A stretch of DNA of 64,000 nucleotides from a virus (lineage: Duplodnaviria; Caudoviricetes), in IMG/VR virus record IMGVR_UViG_2907233695_000001, positions 100,119 through 164,118 of that record. One strand, 5' to 3'. Below, in pieces: positions 19,962 to 29,519 of this stretch. Below the pieces are notes generated by a model that did not search any database, was not told the origin of the DNA, and saw nothing but the letters and a program-made list of their open reading frames with translations. A program made the translations under genes and the position numbers. Within the stretch, counting starts at the first letter, position 1. Every line of letters starts with the position of its first letter.

Positions 19962-20936
19962 ATGAGTTCAATTAATGATTATAAATCCAGAGTACATGGA
20001 ACAATTAGAAATTCCTTGCTCAAAACTACATCTAAAATAATCGATAACAATTTTACCTCTTCTCCATCTTACTATGAAGTCCTATTAAATTCCTCCACAA
20101 CTCCTATTGGAGTCCATATTGTCGATGATTCTGATGTGCGTGAGCAAAAAATGTTGCTTTCTCTACATGATAACCCTATTGCAAATGGTGATATCATCAC
20201 ATGGAATAGTGAAAAGTGGATCAACATTTTAACGGACAATATGAGCGATGTCTATTATCGTGGGACTTTGAGAAAATGTGTATCATCGTTAAAGTGGATG
20301 GAAACTGGCGTGATAAAAGAGGCGTGGTTTACTTATAAATCTGATACTTCTCGTGGGTTAGGTGTAAATGATGGAACTGTCCTCATTATGCCTCAAGAGA
20401 GAAGATACATCTATGTCCAGAATAATGCCGATACCATTAAAATTGATAAAGATAGACGTTTTATCATTGACGGAAGATGCTGGAGAGTTGTAGGTGTTGA
20501 TAGGTTGACAACTGGACTTGTTTACTTAGAGTTAACTGAGGACTCCATCAATCCATCCAAGGATAATTTGGATTTACGATTAGTTGATTATTACTCTAGC
20601 ACTACACCAACCTCTACGCCTTCCCCTCAACCATCTGGATATTCAATTGTGGTTACAGGTTCTGATATTTGCAAAGTAACACAAAGTCAAACTTATACGG
20701 CTAATGTATATCTCAATGGAGTAATTGACAATACACAAACTGTAACTTGGGTACTTGTAAATGATAGTGAGGATGGTAATACAGACTTAGTTACTATTAC
20801 AAGTCAAAGTGGAACTCAGTGTGTGATTAAGGGTAATGACAATAAGTTATATGGATACTGTAAGGTGAAAGCAAGTTTGGTGAGCGATGGGTCAATTTTT
20901 AGTGTAAAGCGAATACAAGTAAAAAGTCTGATATAG
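19962..20936 (+). CDS. head closure/neck protein with C-terminal Ig-like domain
   Basis: Synteny; PT-rich linker followed by a beta-rich domain. Confidence 0.55.
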   Translation: MSSINDYKSRVHGTIRNSLLKTTSKIIDNNFTSSPSYYEVLLNSSTTPIGVHIVDDSDVREQKMLLSLHDNPIANGDIITWNSEKWINILTDNMSDVYYRGTLRKCVSSLKWMETGVIKEAWFTYKSDTSRGLGVNDGTVLIMPQERRYIYVQNNADTIKIDKDRRFIIDGRCWRVVGVDRLTTGLVYLELTEDSINPSKDNLDLRLVDYYSSTTPTSTPSPQPSGYSIVVTGSDICKVTQSQTYTANVYLNGVIDNTQTVTWVLVNDSEDGNTDLVTITSQSGTQCVIKGNDNKLYGYCKVKASLVSDGSIFSVKRIQVKSLI

Positions 20937-20946
20937 GGGGTGTAAA

Positions 20947-21447
20947 GTGTATACCTTAGATAATGTTGATCGAGTCATCGAAAATATCTTAATTAAATTG
21001 ATTGACAATCAAAACTTATTAAAATGTCTCAAGTATCCATCTCCTGATGCATTAAGTAAACCTGATTTAACTCAAGATGAAATCAATGTCCTTTTCGACT
21101 ATGACTCTGATCCCAGAGACATAAGGATATCTTTCACACCTTTCAACCTAACGACAGTAGAAGAAGCAAAAAGTGAATTGCGAATCTTTATCAGAGATTT
21201 TGAGCCTGAAAATATTCATATTGCCAATGTTAATATTGCCTTTCAGGTTATTGTAAGTAATAGGATATGGAGACTCGATGAAGGTAAACAAAGGCCATTG
21301 GTCATCATTCAAGAGTTGCTGAAAAGTCTTAATGGAGTAGACATTGAACTTGTTGGGAATTTGTATTTTAACAGTCGAATACGAATTGTAAACTATAACG
21401 CCTACTTTTCAGGTTATGAATTGTATCCAAATGTGAGGTCGATTTAG
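20947..21447 (+). CDS. tail terminator/completion protein
   Basis: Synteny in head-tail joining block. Confidence 0.5.
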   Translation: MYTLDNVDRVIENILIKLIDNQNLLKCLKYPSPDALSKPDLTQDEINVLFDYDSDPRDIRISFTPFNLTTVEEAKSELRIFIRDFEPENIHIANVNIAFQVIVSNRIWRLDEGKQRPLVIIQELLKSLNGVDIELVGNLYFNSRIRIVNYNAYFSGYELYPNVRSI

Positions 21448-22176
21448 ATGAGAGTCTGGGGCGATCCTCATGAGTTCAAAGGTGTCTCTATCTATCCTAT
21501 AACCATGCAAGACTGCATGGATTTTTATGAATGCGTTCAGGTATTCTTGTATGAAAAAAATAAAGTTCAAGACATCCAAGTGATCAAGATGACATATCTT
21601 GATTTTTTATTTGCGCTTATTCAGCAAGAAAACGCATTAATGGGTAAACTGGATCGACTTTTGAGCCTAGTTTTAAAAGAGCAAAAATATGCATTTTTAT
21701 ACAATGAAACTGACTCTGCCAAGATATCTTTACAAGTCGAAGATGCAATCATCAATGGATACGAGTTCGATGAGTTCAAAAAGATTATTCTTGAGCAAAA
21801 TCTAATTCAATTCAATGAGGAGTTCATCGATCCTGAATTGGAACAAGAACTTAAAGCGGCAGAAGAGTTTTTAGCCAAGAAAAACGGAACTCCTGCCACA
21901 TTAGAGGAACGAGTAGTTGCCCTGCATTGTCTATCAGGTGTTTCGTATCAGGAAATCAAAAACTACACCATTTTTCAATTTAACAAAACGTTAGAACGCT
22001 TTGCAATAATCAAAAACTTCGATGTTTATTCTGCTTTATTAGCGGAAAATGGTGCAAGCAAAGACATACAACATTGGCTATCCCATGTCGAAGAAAAAGG
22101 TAAATACGACGATGTGATTATGTCCAAAGAAGAGTTTGACAAAATTACATCTGACAAAGACATGTTCAAGGCATAG
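21448..22176 (+). CDS. phage protein (YomV-like)
   Basis: KKIILEQN, EIKNYTIFQF, IQHW motifs; just before tail tube. Confidence 0.55.
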   Translation: MRVWGDPHEFKGVSIYPITMQDCMDFYECVQVFLYEKNKVQDIQVIKMTYLDFLFALIQQENALMGKLDRLLSLVLKEQKYAFLYNETDSAKISLQVEDAIINGYEFDEFKKIILEQNLIQFNEEFIDPELEQELKAAEEFLAKKNGTPATLEERVVALHCLSGVSYQEIKNYTIFQFNKTLERFAIIKNFDVYSALLAENGASKDIQHWLSHVEEKGKYDDVIMSKEEFDKITSDKDMFKA

Positions 22177-22210
22177 TTTAATAAATAAAATATAGGAGGA
22201 ATACAATAAT

Positions 22211-23200
22211 ATGTCTACTAACACGAATCAGTTCTTGGTTTCGGTAGCTGACGTTGTGCTTCGAGATACTGTAGCTGATGCTGTAGTATTGAAAGGTAAG
22301 ACGCTGATCAACTCTGCTTTCAAGCAAACTCTTGCTACAACTGAGCAACGCGGTGGAGCCAATAATGGACTTCTCTTCGTTTATCAACATGACAAAAAAT
22401 TGGAAGTTTCGATTGAAGATGCGAAGTTTGACGAAACTTATTTGGCTTTGAATAATGGTGCTTCCATTATCAACTCCCCACAAAATTTCTATGTAATCGA
22501 TGAAGTTATCACCCTTGCAAGTGGTAATGGTACACTTGCTAACACACCTGTAGGTTCGGTTTATGTACAAAAAGCTGACAACTCGTTAGTCACAGTTACC
22601 CCATCTGGAACTAGCTTCTCTGTTGCTGGTGGTGCAAATACAACTGTAAAAGTAACCTATCGTTACAGCACAGCGGTTGATACTATTACAATTGACGCAC
22701 AAAGCGTACCGAACGGGTACGAGCTGACCCTCAGCGCAAAGGTATTTCAGGCTAGTGGTCAAACAGCTACTATGCAAATTGTCATCCCTAACTTCCGTAT
22801 CTCCGGTAACTTCGATCTTAACTTAACGGCAAACGGTATCTCCAGCTCCAAACTGGATGGTATGGCTCTCGTAAATGCTGCTGATGGCGCATATGCTTAT
22901 GTAAATATGAAGCCTACTGGTGCTGGTGCAGTAACTTATCAAGCAATTGCTGCTACACCATCTGCAATTTCGGTGTCTGCCGGAACACCTACGGCTCAGT
23001 TGACGGTATATGGTATTCGTGGGGGAGTATACGCAAACAATGTTGTAACTAGTGGCTGTACTTTTGTATCGTCTGACGTTTCCAAGGCAACTGTTAGTGC
23101 TGGAGGCTTGATCACACGTGTCGCAGCAGGTACTTGCACCATTACAACTACTCATACTGCGTCTGGACTGACTGATACTTCTACTGTAACTGTTTCTTGA
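22211..23200 (+). CDS. major tail tube protein with C-terminal Ig-like (Big_2) domain
   Basis: High-expression codons; FVSSDVSKATVSAGGLIT..AAGTCTIT Big_2 signature; followed by terminator. Confidence 0.8.
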   Translation: MSTNTNQFLVSVADVVLRDTVADAVVLKGKTLINSAFKQTLATTEQRGGANNGLLFVYQHDKKLEVSIEDAKFDETYLALNNGASIINSPQNFYVIDEVITLASGNGTLANTPVGSVYVQKADNSLVTVTPSGTSFSVAGGANTTVKVTYRYSTAVDTITIDAQSVPNGYELTLSAKVFQASGQTATMQIVIPNFRISGNFDLNLTANGISSSKLDGMALVNAADGAYAYVNMKPTGAGAVTYQAIAATPSAISVSAGTPTAQLTVYGIRGGVYANNVVTSGCTFVSSDVSKATVSAGGLITRVAAGTCTITTTHTASGLTDTSTVTVS

Positions 23201-23218
23201 TAATTTTATATTCTTCTA

Positions 23219-23251
23219 AGAGAGGCAATCATTTTGGTTGCTTCTCTTTTT
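23219..23251 (+). terminator. intrinsic terminator
   Basis: AGAGAGGCAATCA/TGGTTGCTTCTCT + T tract. Confidence 0.7.
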
Positions 23252-23259
23252 ATTTACCA

Positions 23260-23279
23260 AATGAAATGTTGGTTTTATT
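23260..23279. repeat. 7-6-7 quasi-palindrome copy 3 (AATGAAA-tgttgg-TTTTATT)
   Basis: Motif match. Confidence 0.7.
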
Positions 23280-23362
23280 GTGATTTTCATCTTGAGAAAC
23301 CCTTTATTTATAAGGGTTTTTGAATATGAGGATTAAAAATATTCAGGGAGGTTTTATCCAAA

Positions 23363-23860
23363 ATGTCAAAACAACTTACGCTTTCATCCATAAATAAAGC
23401 CCACGCAAAAGAGTTCAACGAACAAAAGCGAGTAACACTTAAAACAGGTGATTATATCGATTTACAAGTAAGGTTTAAGAAAACTAGTATTCAACGCTTC
23501 TTAATCGACTATCAAGAAATCCTCGAACAACTTAAAGAAAAAGAAGTGGATATGAACGTCATTAAGGACATCACTTTTATTTTCTATATGCTCCTTCTAC
23601 GCCACTTCACAAGTTTAAATATTATCCCGAACGAAGTTGATAAAATGGTAATTGTCTGCGAAAAGTTGATCGACCTTGATATTCTAGAGGAAATCATGAA
23701 TGCTTTTGATCCTGCTGAAATTGAAAAAGTGAATAATATGATGAAACAAGTTAGTGAAAATAGCGACTTGATTGGAGAGCAATTAGGAGAGATTTTTGCT
23801 AAGGCTGCTTTGAGTAAATTGACACAAAACGAGGTTGAGCAAGATGCCAACATTCAATAG
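23363..23860 (+). CDS. putative tail assembly chaperone
   Basis: Helical acidic 165 aa after tail tube; GGGAGG RBS. Confidence 0.55.
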   Translation: MSKQLTLSSINKAHAKEFNEQKRVTLKTGDYIDLQVRFKKTSIQRFLIDYQEILEQLKEKEVDMNVIKDITFIFYMLLLRHFTSLNIIPNEVDKMVIVCEKLIDLDILEEIMNAFDPAEIEKVNNMMKQVSENSDLIGEQLGEIFAKAALSKLTQNEVEQDANIQ

Positions 23861-24293
23861 TTTGAATGAACTTCAAAAATACATCGAGTCTCAAGCATCA
23901 AAAGTATTGAAAAATGAAGTTGCTCAAACAGTTACTCAGGAAATGAGTGAGACAATAAAAGAAGTTGAGTATCCCAAGTATGTATCACATGCTGAGAATC
24001 CGTATATTAGACAAATGGATGATGGTGGCTTGAGTGACGTTCGAAACATGCAAGTAGAGGTTATAGACGATAACACTATATCCATTACTAATGAGCGTAT
24101 GGATGGTACTACAGATGTAGCACAAATTTTCGCAACAGGTATTGGATATACATGGAAGAATTCTGAAATTTATAGTATGCAACCATTTCCTCGTAATTTC
24201 TATGCCGATACTGTTGAAAGATTGTTAAAGAATCAGAAACACGTTGAGGCATTTAAACAAGGTATGACTAGGCTAGGATTGAATGTGAAATAA
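23844..24293 (+). CDS. HK97 gp10-like tail component
   Basis: ATG 23844 after GAGG; Y.R....GL, PFPRNF motif. Confidence 0.5.
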   Translation: MPTFNSLNELQKYIESQASKVLKNEVAQTVTQEMSETIKEVEYPKYVSHAENPYIRQMDDGGLSDVRNMQVEVIDDNTISITNERMDGTTDVAQIFATGIGYTWKNSEIYSMQPFPRNFYADTVERLLKNQKHVEAFKQGMTRLGLNVK

Positions 24294-24318
24294 ATTTTAG
24301 ATTTTGAATTACTTGTTC

Positions 24319-24431
24319 AACAAGCGCACAAGGGTTGCAAACCTTGAGTGTCACTAACTCATCCTAGTGATACGTTGCGCTTGTTTCTTTTTATATAGGG
24401 AAGTTGGGATGGGGTGAATTGAGAGGATGAG
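24319..24431 (+). promoter_or_regulatory. three-way-junction leader with anti-SD loop
   Basis: AACAAGCGCA/TGCGCTTGTT outer stem; CAAGG/CCTTG hairpin; GTGTCACTA/TAGTGATAC hairpin with loop ACTCATCC complementary to AGGATGAG (24424-24431). Confidence 0.65.
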
Positions 24432-24437
24432 AAAGTA

Positions 24438-24626
24438 ATGCCAGCAAAAATAGATTTTAATATTATATATGAAGGAATAATAAACTATACAAGAAAATTG
24501 GGAAGAATACCTACAAATGCTGAAATAGATCAAAATGATAATTTACCCAGTTATCGAACAATACATACTGCATTTGTTAAAAACCAAGGTCAGGGATACA
24601 TTCCATATTTAATTTCAAAATGCTAA
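24438..24626 (+). CDS. single homing-endonuclease-associated repeat protein (possible remnant)
   Basis: KLGRIPT..EI....LPSY.T...F matches the repeat unit of 30455..32167; no nuclease domain. Confidence 0.55.
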   Translation: MPAKIDFNIIYEGIINYTRKLGRIPTNAEIDQNDNLPSYRTIHTAFVKNQGQGYIPYLISKC

Positions 24627-24732
24627 AACGTAATAATTTAAATTACAAAATACTTTATCCTGCTGATTTTCACAATAAATCGCTTGATGAAGTATTTTCT
24701 TTTTTATTTGAAGAATCAAGAGAGGTGGTTTA

Positions 24733-25755
24733 ATGCCTAGAAAAACATTTAAAAAGCAAATCACATCACCAGAACTGACAGAACAAATAAATCAAAAAAA
24801 TAAGAAACTGATTGATCGTTTCTTGAAGGAAAAAAATACACGATGTTCAGACACAACAATTGAAGCTTACACCAGCGACTTAAATATTTTCTTCACATGG
24901 AATCTTCTGAATAATGAAAATAAATTTTTCATTGAAATTAAGAAGATTGAATTCGCAGATTTCTTTAGTTACTGTGTTGAAGAATTAAAGTGGGGTTCTG
25001 CTCGTTTTGGACGAATGAAGTCTTGCCTTAGTTCGCTCTCTGAATTTATCATTCGATACTATGATGAAGATCATCCCAATTTTAGAAATGTTATCCTAAA
25101 AGCAATTGAATCAATGCCTCGTAACCCTGTACGAGAAAAAACGATTTTATCTGAAGAACAAGTAAATAGTCTTTTGAATCATCTTAAAAATGAAATCAGC
25201 AGACCTCAAGAAGCCTGTCTTCTCGCGTTAGCAATCGCAAGTGGTGCAAGGGTCTCTGAGTGGCTACGATTCACAACCGATATCATAGATGAAAATAACA
25301 CGGCTTTTGAAGATATGTTTCTTGAGACTACTAAGAAAATAAAAACTAAAGGCCGAACCAAGACAGGCAAAATGATTGAGAAGTATATAATTAAAGACAT
25401 TTTCCTGCCCTATTATAAAGACTGGTTGGTTGAGAGAGAAAGAATTATGAATGACAAAGGCAAGGATCATAATTCAATCTTTATTAAAAGAGATGGTGAA
25501 CCTGCCACAGTTGAGACAGTTCGAGGATGGATCGAAAAATGGGAATTATTTTTGGGAGTTCCTTTCTATCCTCATTGCCTTCGTCATTTCATAACTACCT
25601 ACATGTCTCGTCTAGGAATGTCTTCTGATTTTATCGTTGAAGTGATGGGATGGAATTCTACTGACATGGTTAAGGTCTATAACGACTTAACCGCTAAAGA
25701 AAAGAAATGGAAAGACCTAGAAAAACTGAAGGATCACTTAACTAAAACAGAATAA
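24733..25755 (+). CDS. yomM: tyrosine recombinase (YomM-like)
   Basis: SGARVSE (R), KTKG (K), HCLRH (HxxR), MGW, terminal VY (Y); sits in the tail operon as in SPbeta. Confidence 0.88.
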   Translation: MPRKTFKKQITSPELTEQINQKNKKLIDRFLKEKNTRCSDTTIEAYTSDLNIFFTWNLLNNENKFFIEIKKIEFADFFSYCVEELKWGSARFGRMKSCLSSLSEFIIRYYDEDHPNFRNVILKAIESMPRNPVREKTILSEEQVNSLLNHLKNEISRPQEACLLALAIASGARVSEWLRFTTDIIDENNTAFEDMFLETTKKIKTKGRTKTGKMIEKYIIKDIFLPYYKDWLVERERIMNDKGKDHNSIFIKRDGEPATVETVRGWIEKWELFLGVPFYPHCLRHFITTYMSRLGMSSDFIVEVMGWNSTDMVKVYNDLTAKEKKWKDLEKLKDHLTKTE

Positions 25756-25770
25756 AATCACACTTTCATT
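25751..25770. repeat. 7-6-7 quasi-palindrome copy 4 (AATAAAA-tcacac-TTTCATT)
   Basis: Overlaps the tyrosine recombinase stop codon. Confidence 0.72.
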
Positions 25771-25807
25771 CCATCGCACAAAAAAAACAAAATAAGCAAG
25801 TTTGACT

Positions 25808-25838
25808 AAGAGAGCCAAATTTACAGGTTCTCTTTTTT
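25808..25838 (+). terminator. intrinsic terminator
   Basis: AAGAGAGCC/GGTTCTCTT + T tract. Confidence 0.6.
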
Positions 25839-25877
25839 ATATCTAACAAAACAAAAAAACATAGGAGGAATTATAAA

Positions 25878-26348
25878 ATGATTGATGCAAATATCAAAGT
25901 AACAGGGCGCTTAAAAGTTGATTTATATCGCGATGGCGTACTTGTACAAGAAGGTCAATGGAGAGACAACGTTGTAACGACAGCAGGTAAAAACTCTCTC
26001 GCATCTTTGTTGAACTCTGCAAGCGCAGGTACATCTCTTGTTACTCACATGGGCTTTGGCACATCTGCTACCGCAGTTGCCGCTGGAGATACTGCACTCG
26101 GCGCAGAATTAACAATTGGATCAGCAGGATATAACCGTGTTTCTGTAACTCGTTCTAATCCATCTGGTAACGTAATTCAATACCAAGCTACTTTAACTGG
26201 AGTAACCTCTACACCTACGATTCAAGAATGCGGCCTTTTCAGTGCTTCCTCTGCTGGCACATTATTCGCTCATCAACTTACAGGAGCAGTAACTTTATCA
26301 TCCTCTTCTGACAGTCTTCAAATTACATGGCAAGTAACGTTTAGTTAA
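25878..26348 (+). CDS. tail-collar/fibre N-terminal-like structural protein
   Basis: NVVTTAG..L, MGFGT....AAGDTALGAE, IQECGLF, LQITW pattern of fibre attachment domains. Confidence 0.6.
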   Translation: MIDANIKVTGRLKVDLYRDGVLVQEGQWRDNVVTTAGKNSLASLLNSASAGTSLVTHMGFGTSATAVAAGDTALGAELTIGSAGYNRVSVTRSNPSGNVIQYQATLTGVTSTPTIQECGLFSASSAGTLFAHQLTGAVTLSSSSDSLQITWQVTFS

Positions 26349-26402
26349 TAGCGTGGCAGAGACTATGTTAAATGGTATTTTATTATTTAAGGGGGTAATT
26401 AT

Positions 26403-26693
26403 ATGGCAGTAGGTGACGTAACATCGGGATTATCTGCATCCGTAGCAAATAACGGCACAGTTAACATTCAGCCTGCATCAGGTGCGGAATGGGTTGTCCA
26501 TAACGTGTACTATTCCGGTGCGGTGGAGTTCTACATTGTGAACGGCGCGAACTCCATTAAATTCGATTCAGATACCTCTTTTGGTGCGCGTTTGGGTGCG
26601 GTATTCCACGTAAACAACACGCAATATCTGCAAATCAAAAACGTGTCGGGCGGCGCAGTCAATATTGCCTATGACGGCGTTGTAACGAAGTAG
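26403..26693 (+). CDS. small beta-rich putative virion protein
   Basis: 96 aa, AAGGGGG RBS, visibly GC-richer codons. Confidence 0.6.
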   Translation: MAVGDVTSGLSASVANNGTVNIQPASGAEWVVHNVYYSGAVEFYIVNGANSIKFDSDTSFGARLGAVFHVNNTQYLQIKNVSGGAVNIAYDGVVTK

Positions 26694-26701
26694 GTGAAAA
26701 T

Positions 26702-27481
26702 ATGAGCGTGAAATGGTTAGGCGATACCCGAGCGAATTATAAAGACCTCGGCGAACTTGTTGCAAGATATGTATTTAATGGTAATAAATCCGTATCAGTC
26801 TCTAGTGTTGATACGGTTAATAACATTTTTACAAGTACAGCACATGGTCTTACAAATGGTCAGAGGGTTGCAATATTTCTTAATCAAAATGCAGGCAAGA
26901 TACATCCCTTTACCGCTTTTCCTACAGGGTTTTCAACGAACAATTCTTATTATTATGTGGTCAATGCTACAACGGATACCTTTCAGGTATCTGCAACATC
27001 AGGCGGGGCGGCAAAAACTATAAGTGGTGGAGATATAACCAAGTGGCATTTTGAAGTGATAGGAGCGACTCTAATAAGCATTTCTAATCTTCCACCCGCC
27101 CCAAAATATAGATGTATTTTGTATGGCACAACAGCGTCGAATGTTTCGTTAATGCTTTACCCTAGTGCGCCTAACAACTGGAACGATAACAGTTCGATAA
27201 GGTACGCAGATAACACATTCGGTAACTGTAGTCTTGGCAGTAGTGCGAATTATTGGAACTATGTAGAAGCGTATTTCGATTCAACTGGAATCGCCAAAGC
27301 AAGCTATAAAGGAAAAACAATAACGGCTTCACCGTCGGCGGCGACGTTTACAGGTACAAGTATAACTGACGCTTTTGTATTTACAAACACGACATTCGCT
27401 GATTCCTTAATTTCGGGGATTACGTTCAATTGTGGGGAACTAATTGCTAACGGAACGGTAATGGAGGTGTATACGGCATGA
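26702..27481 (+). CDS. putative fibre/receptor-binding protein
   Basis: FTSTAHGLTNGQRV..YYVVNATTDTFQVS.T.GG module; S/T/G-rich. Confidence 0.5.
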   Translation: MSVKWLGDTRANYKDLGELVARYVFNGNKSVSVSSVDTVNNIFTSTAHGLTNGQRVAIFLNQNAGKIHPFTAFPTGFSTNNSYYYVVNATTDTFQVSATSGGAAKTISGGDITKWHFEVIGATLISISNLPPAPKYRCILYGTTASNVSLMLYPSAPNNWNDNSSIRYADNTFGNCSLGSSANYWNYVEAYFDSTGIAKASYKGKTITASPSAATFTGTSITDAFVFTNTTFADSLISGITFNCGELIANGTVMEVYTA

Positions 27482-27912
27482 AAAGTGCAAACTTCGATGC
27501 GCTAACAGGTGAAGTTACTTATGTAGATGCACCCGTGAATACACTATCGCTTTCCGAAGCACAAACACAACAAATTACATTAATTACAAATGATTATCGA
27601 AGGGCAACTCAAACTTTTCAATCTTCAGCATTAGGCTCTGTTTTTACTTACTTAGCCGATGACACATCACTAGGTAAATTTAACGCAGAGTATGCTTATG
27701 TTAATAGCACTGACTATGACGGACTACCTATTTTATGGTATACCTTGGAACAAGGTGGAGTAAACCATACAAAAGACCAGTTCTGCCAAGTTTGGAAAGA
27801 CGGAAGGCTGTATCTTCGGGATAAATTCAATAAATGGGATACGCTGGTTAAACAAATTAAATCAAATACCAAGGAATCAGATGTTCCTACAGTAATGGCA
27901 ATAACGTGGTAA
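27478..27912 (+). CDS. DUF4376-like fibre assembly chaperone
   Basis: FQSSALG, HTKDQF, V.AITW; resembles C-terminus of 55408..56397. Confidence 0.6.
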   Translation: MKSANFDALTGEVTYVDAPVNTLSLSEAQTQQITLITNDYRRATQTFQSSALGSVFTYLADDTSLGKFNAEYAYVNSTDYDGLPILWYTLEQGGVNHTKDQFCQVWKDGRLYLRDKFNKWDTLVKQIKSNTKESDVPTVMAITW

Positions 27913-27929
27913 GGGCAGGTGAATAACCC

Positions 27930-29426
27930 ATGCCAATAACAGAGCGAGGCAGGATAGCCACATCCACACTAGACGAACGTGGACGAAGGGTAAACGGTGC
28001 GCTAACAGAGCAAGGGCAAGCGGTATTTGGAGCGGGCACAGGCTCATCATACACAAAATCGCTTTCTGATTCAGTTTCTTTTTCCGAAATACTGCTAAAA
28101 GGAATAATGCAATCTCAATCTGACTCGCTTTCTTCATCTGATACAATATATAAATTATTGTCATCTATGAAATCAGATTCCTTAACCTTATCCGATGCTA
28201 TTGCAAAATCAAGCGCATTAACCAAGTCTGATACCATAGTGAGCACAGATACTATAAATAAACGTCTTTCAGTTACGATTATCGATAATTTATCTGCCAC
28301 TGATACCATTGCCAAACAATCCGGTAAATCATTGTCCGACACAGTAAACAGCTCAGAAAGCACAAGCAGAAATAACTCTAAATCATTTACATTCAACGAT
28401 TTTATCACTAGTGCTGATGCCATCGCATTGATGCAAGGTAAAGCGATAAATCTGAGTGATTCAATTACTCTCGTAGATACTATTCGCAAGTCATTTTCCA
28501 TCTCCAAAGCAGATATTGTTTCTACAACAGAGAGCGAGAATGATTTAACCTCTAAACAACTGTTTGACTTGATTTCACAGTCTGACTCTATTGCTGCTTC
28601 AAGAGGTAAAGCGGTCAACTTAAGCGATTCTATCGCCATTGTTGATTCAATACGCAAAGCACTTACTTTGACCAGATCAGACAATGTTTTGGCATCCGAA
28701 ACAGATAGAGCATCAACAAATAAACTCTTATCTGATTTCTTATCACAGACGGATGTATTGACTACTAGCACAGGTAAACTTGTTGTTTTGAGCGATAACA
28801 TTTCAATTACCGAATCACTGAAAAAAACAATCCAAAAAAGCAAATCTGATTCTGTTGGTATAGCAGAAACATTCTCTAAACAGGCCAGTATGAGCTTGCG
28901 CTTGTACGATGTGGTTATTTCTACAGAAGCGTTTACAAAGACTTTGCCAAATGCCCCAACGCTTATCGGAACAATTGAACTTGAGGGTGAGCAAGTTCTT
29001 TATGTTCACCTTAGTGGCGAACAAGTTCTTTATGTTTACCTTAGCGGTGAACAAGATTTATACATCAACCTCGAAGGAGGTATAGGAGTGACGAAACAAA
29101 ACCAAGATTTTGAAATGTTTGCTGGTGAATCAAAATATATAAGCGTTCCTGTAACAATGTCTGCAAATACTGATTTATCTGGTTCAACCATCAAGTGGGC
29201 AGTCAAGAAGTCAGTTATAAATGTAAATAATGAAGTATTAAAAATTTCATCTGATGGTGGAATTTCAATTGACCCTGCCACAGGGAAATTTGTAATCAAT
29301 CTCAATCCTGCGGATACAGAAAACTTATCAGGAAGTTACTATCATGCTGCTGAGTTAATTGATGCAAATGAGCATGTATCTACTTTGTTTACAGGTGTTG
29401 CTAAGTTTCATAAAAGTGGGATATAG
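27930..29426 (+). CDS. S/D/T-repeat fibre protein fused to BppU-like C-terminal domain
   Basis: About 19-21 aa LSDSI...D.I.K repeats; C-terminal FEMFAGESK..GKFVINLNPADT..GSYYHAAEL. Confidence 0.6.
   Translation: MPITERGRIATSTLDERGRRVNGALTEQGQAVFGAGTGSSYTKSLSDSVSFSEILLKGIMQSQSDSLSSSDTIYKLLSSMKSDSLTLSDAIAKSSALTKSDTIVSTDTINKRLSVTIIDNLSATDTIAKQSGKSLSDTVNSSESTSRNNSKSFTFNDFITSADAIALMQGKAINLSDSITLVDTIRKSFSISKADIVSTTESENDLTSKQLFDLISQSDSIAASRGKAVNLSDSIAIVDSIRKALTLTRSDNVLASETDRASTNKLLSDFLSQTDVLTTSTGKLVVLSDNISITESLKKTIQKSKSDSVGIAETFSKQASMSLRLYDVVISTEAFTKTLPNAPTLIGTIELEGEQVLYVHLSGEQVLYVYLSGEQDLYINLEGGIGVTKQNQDFEMFAGESKYISVPVTMSANTDLSGSTIKWAVKKSVINVNNEVLKISSDGGISIDPATGKFVINLNPADTENLSGSYYHAAELIDANEHVSTLFTGVAKFHKSGI
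28986..29075 (+). repeat. 3 x 30-bp tandem repeat (GEQVLYVxLS)
   Basis: ggtgagcaagttctttatgttcaccttagt / ggcgaacaagttctttatgtttaccttagc / ggtgaacaagatttatacatcaacctcgaa. Confidence 0.85.
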
Positions 29427-29427
29427 A

Positions 29428-29447
29428 GATAAAACATTCGTTTCATA
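29428..29447. repeat. 7-6-7 quasi-palindrome copy 5 (GATAAAA-cattcg-TTTCATA)
   Basis: Immediately after the stop of the last cassette gene. Confidence 0.7.
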
Positions 29448-29460
29448 GGATTATTCTTAA

Positions 29461-29500
29461 TAAAAAAACTGCATCTATAAGTATAGGTGCAGTTCATTTT
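29461..29500. terminator. bidirectional terminator
   Basis: AACTGCATCTATA-ag-TATAGGTGCAGTT, A tract on left and T tract on right, between convergent genes. Confidence 0.7.
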
Positions 29501-29519
29501 GTTAAGGAATTTTATGTAG

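Noticed and set aside
23363-24293. Programmed frameshift between tail chaperone ORFs
   Set aside because: No convincing slippery heptamer at the overlap; downstream ORF has its own RBS and ATG
24319-24385. tRNA or known riboswitch
   Set aside because: No T-loop or cloverleaf and no riboswitch consensus I can recognise; an Rfam search is still needed
24733-25755. Tyrosine recombinase as the prophage integrase or boundary
   Set aside because: Flanked on both sides by virion genes; a serine integrase lies at the module end
28115-28843. 242-aa minus-strand ORF
   Set aside because: Antisense of the S/D-repeat gene; low complexity explains the open frame
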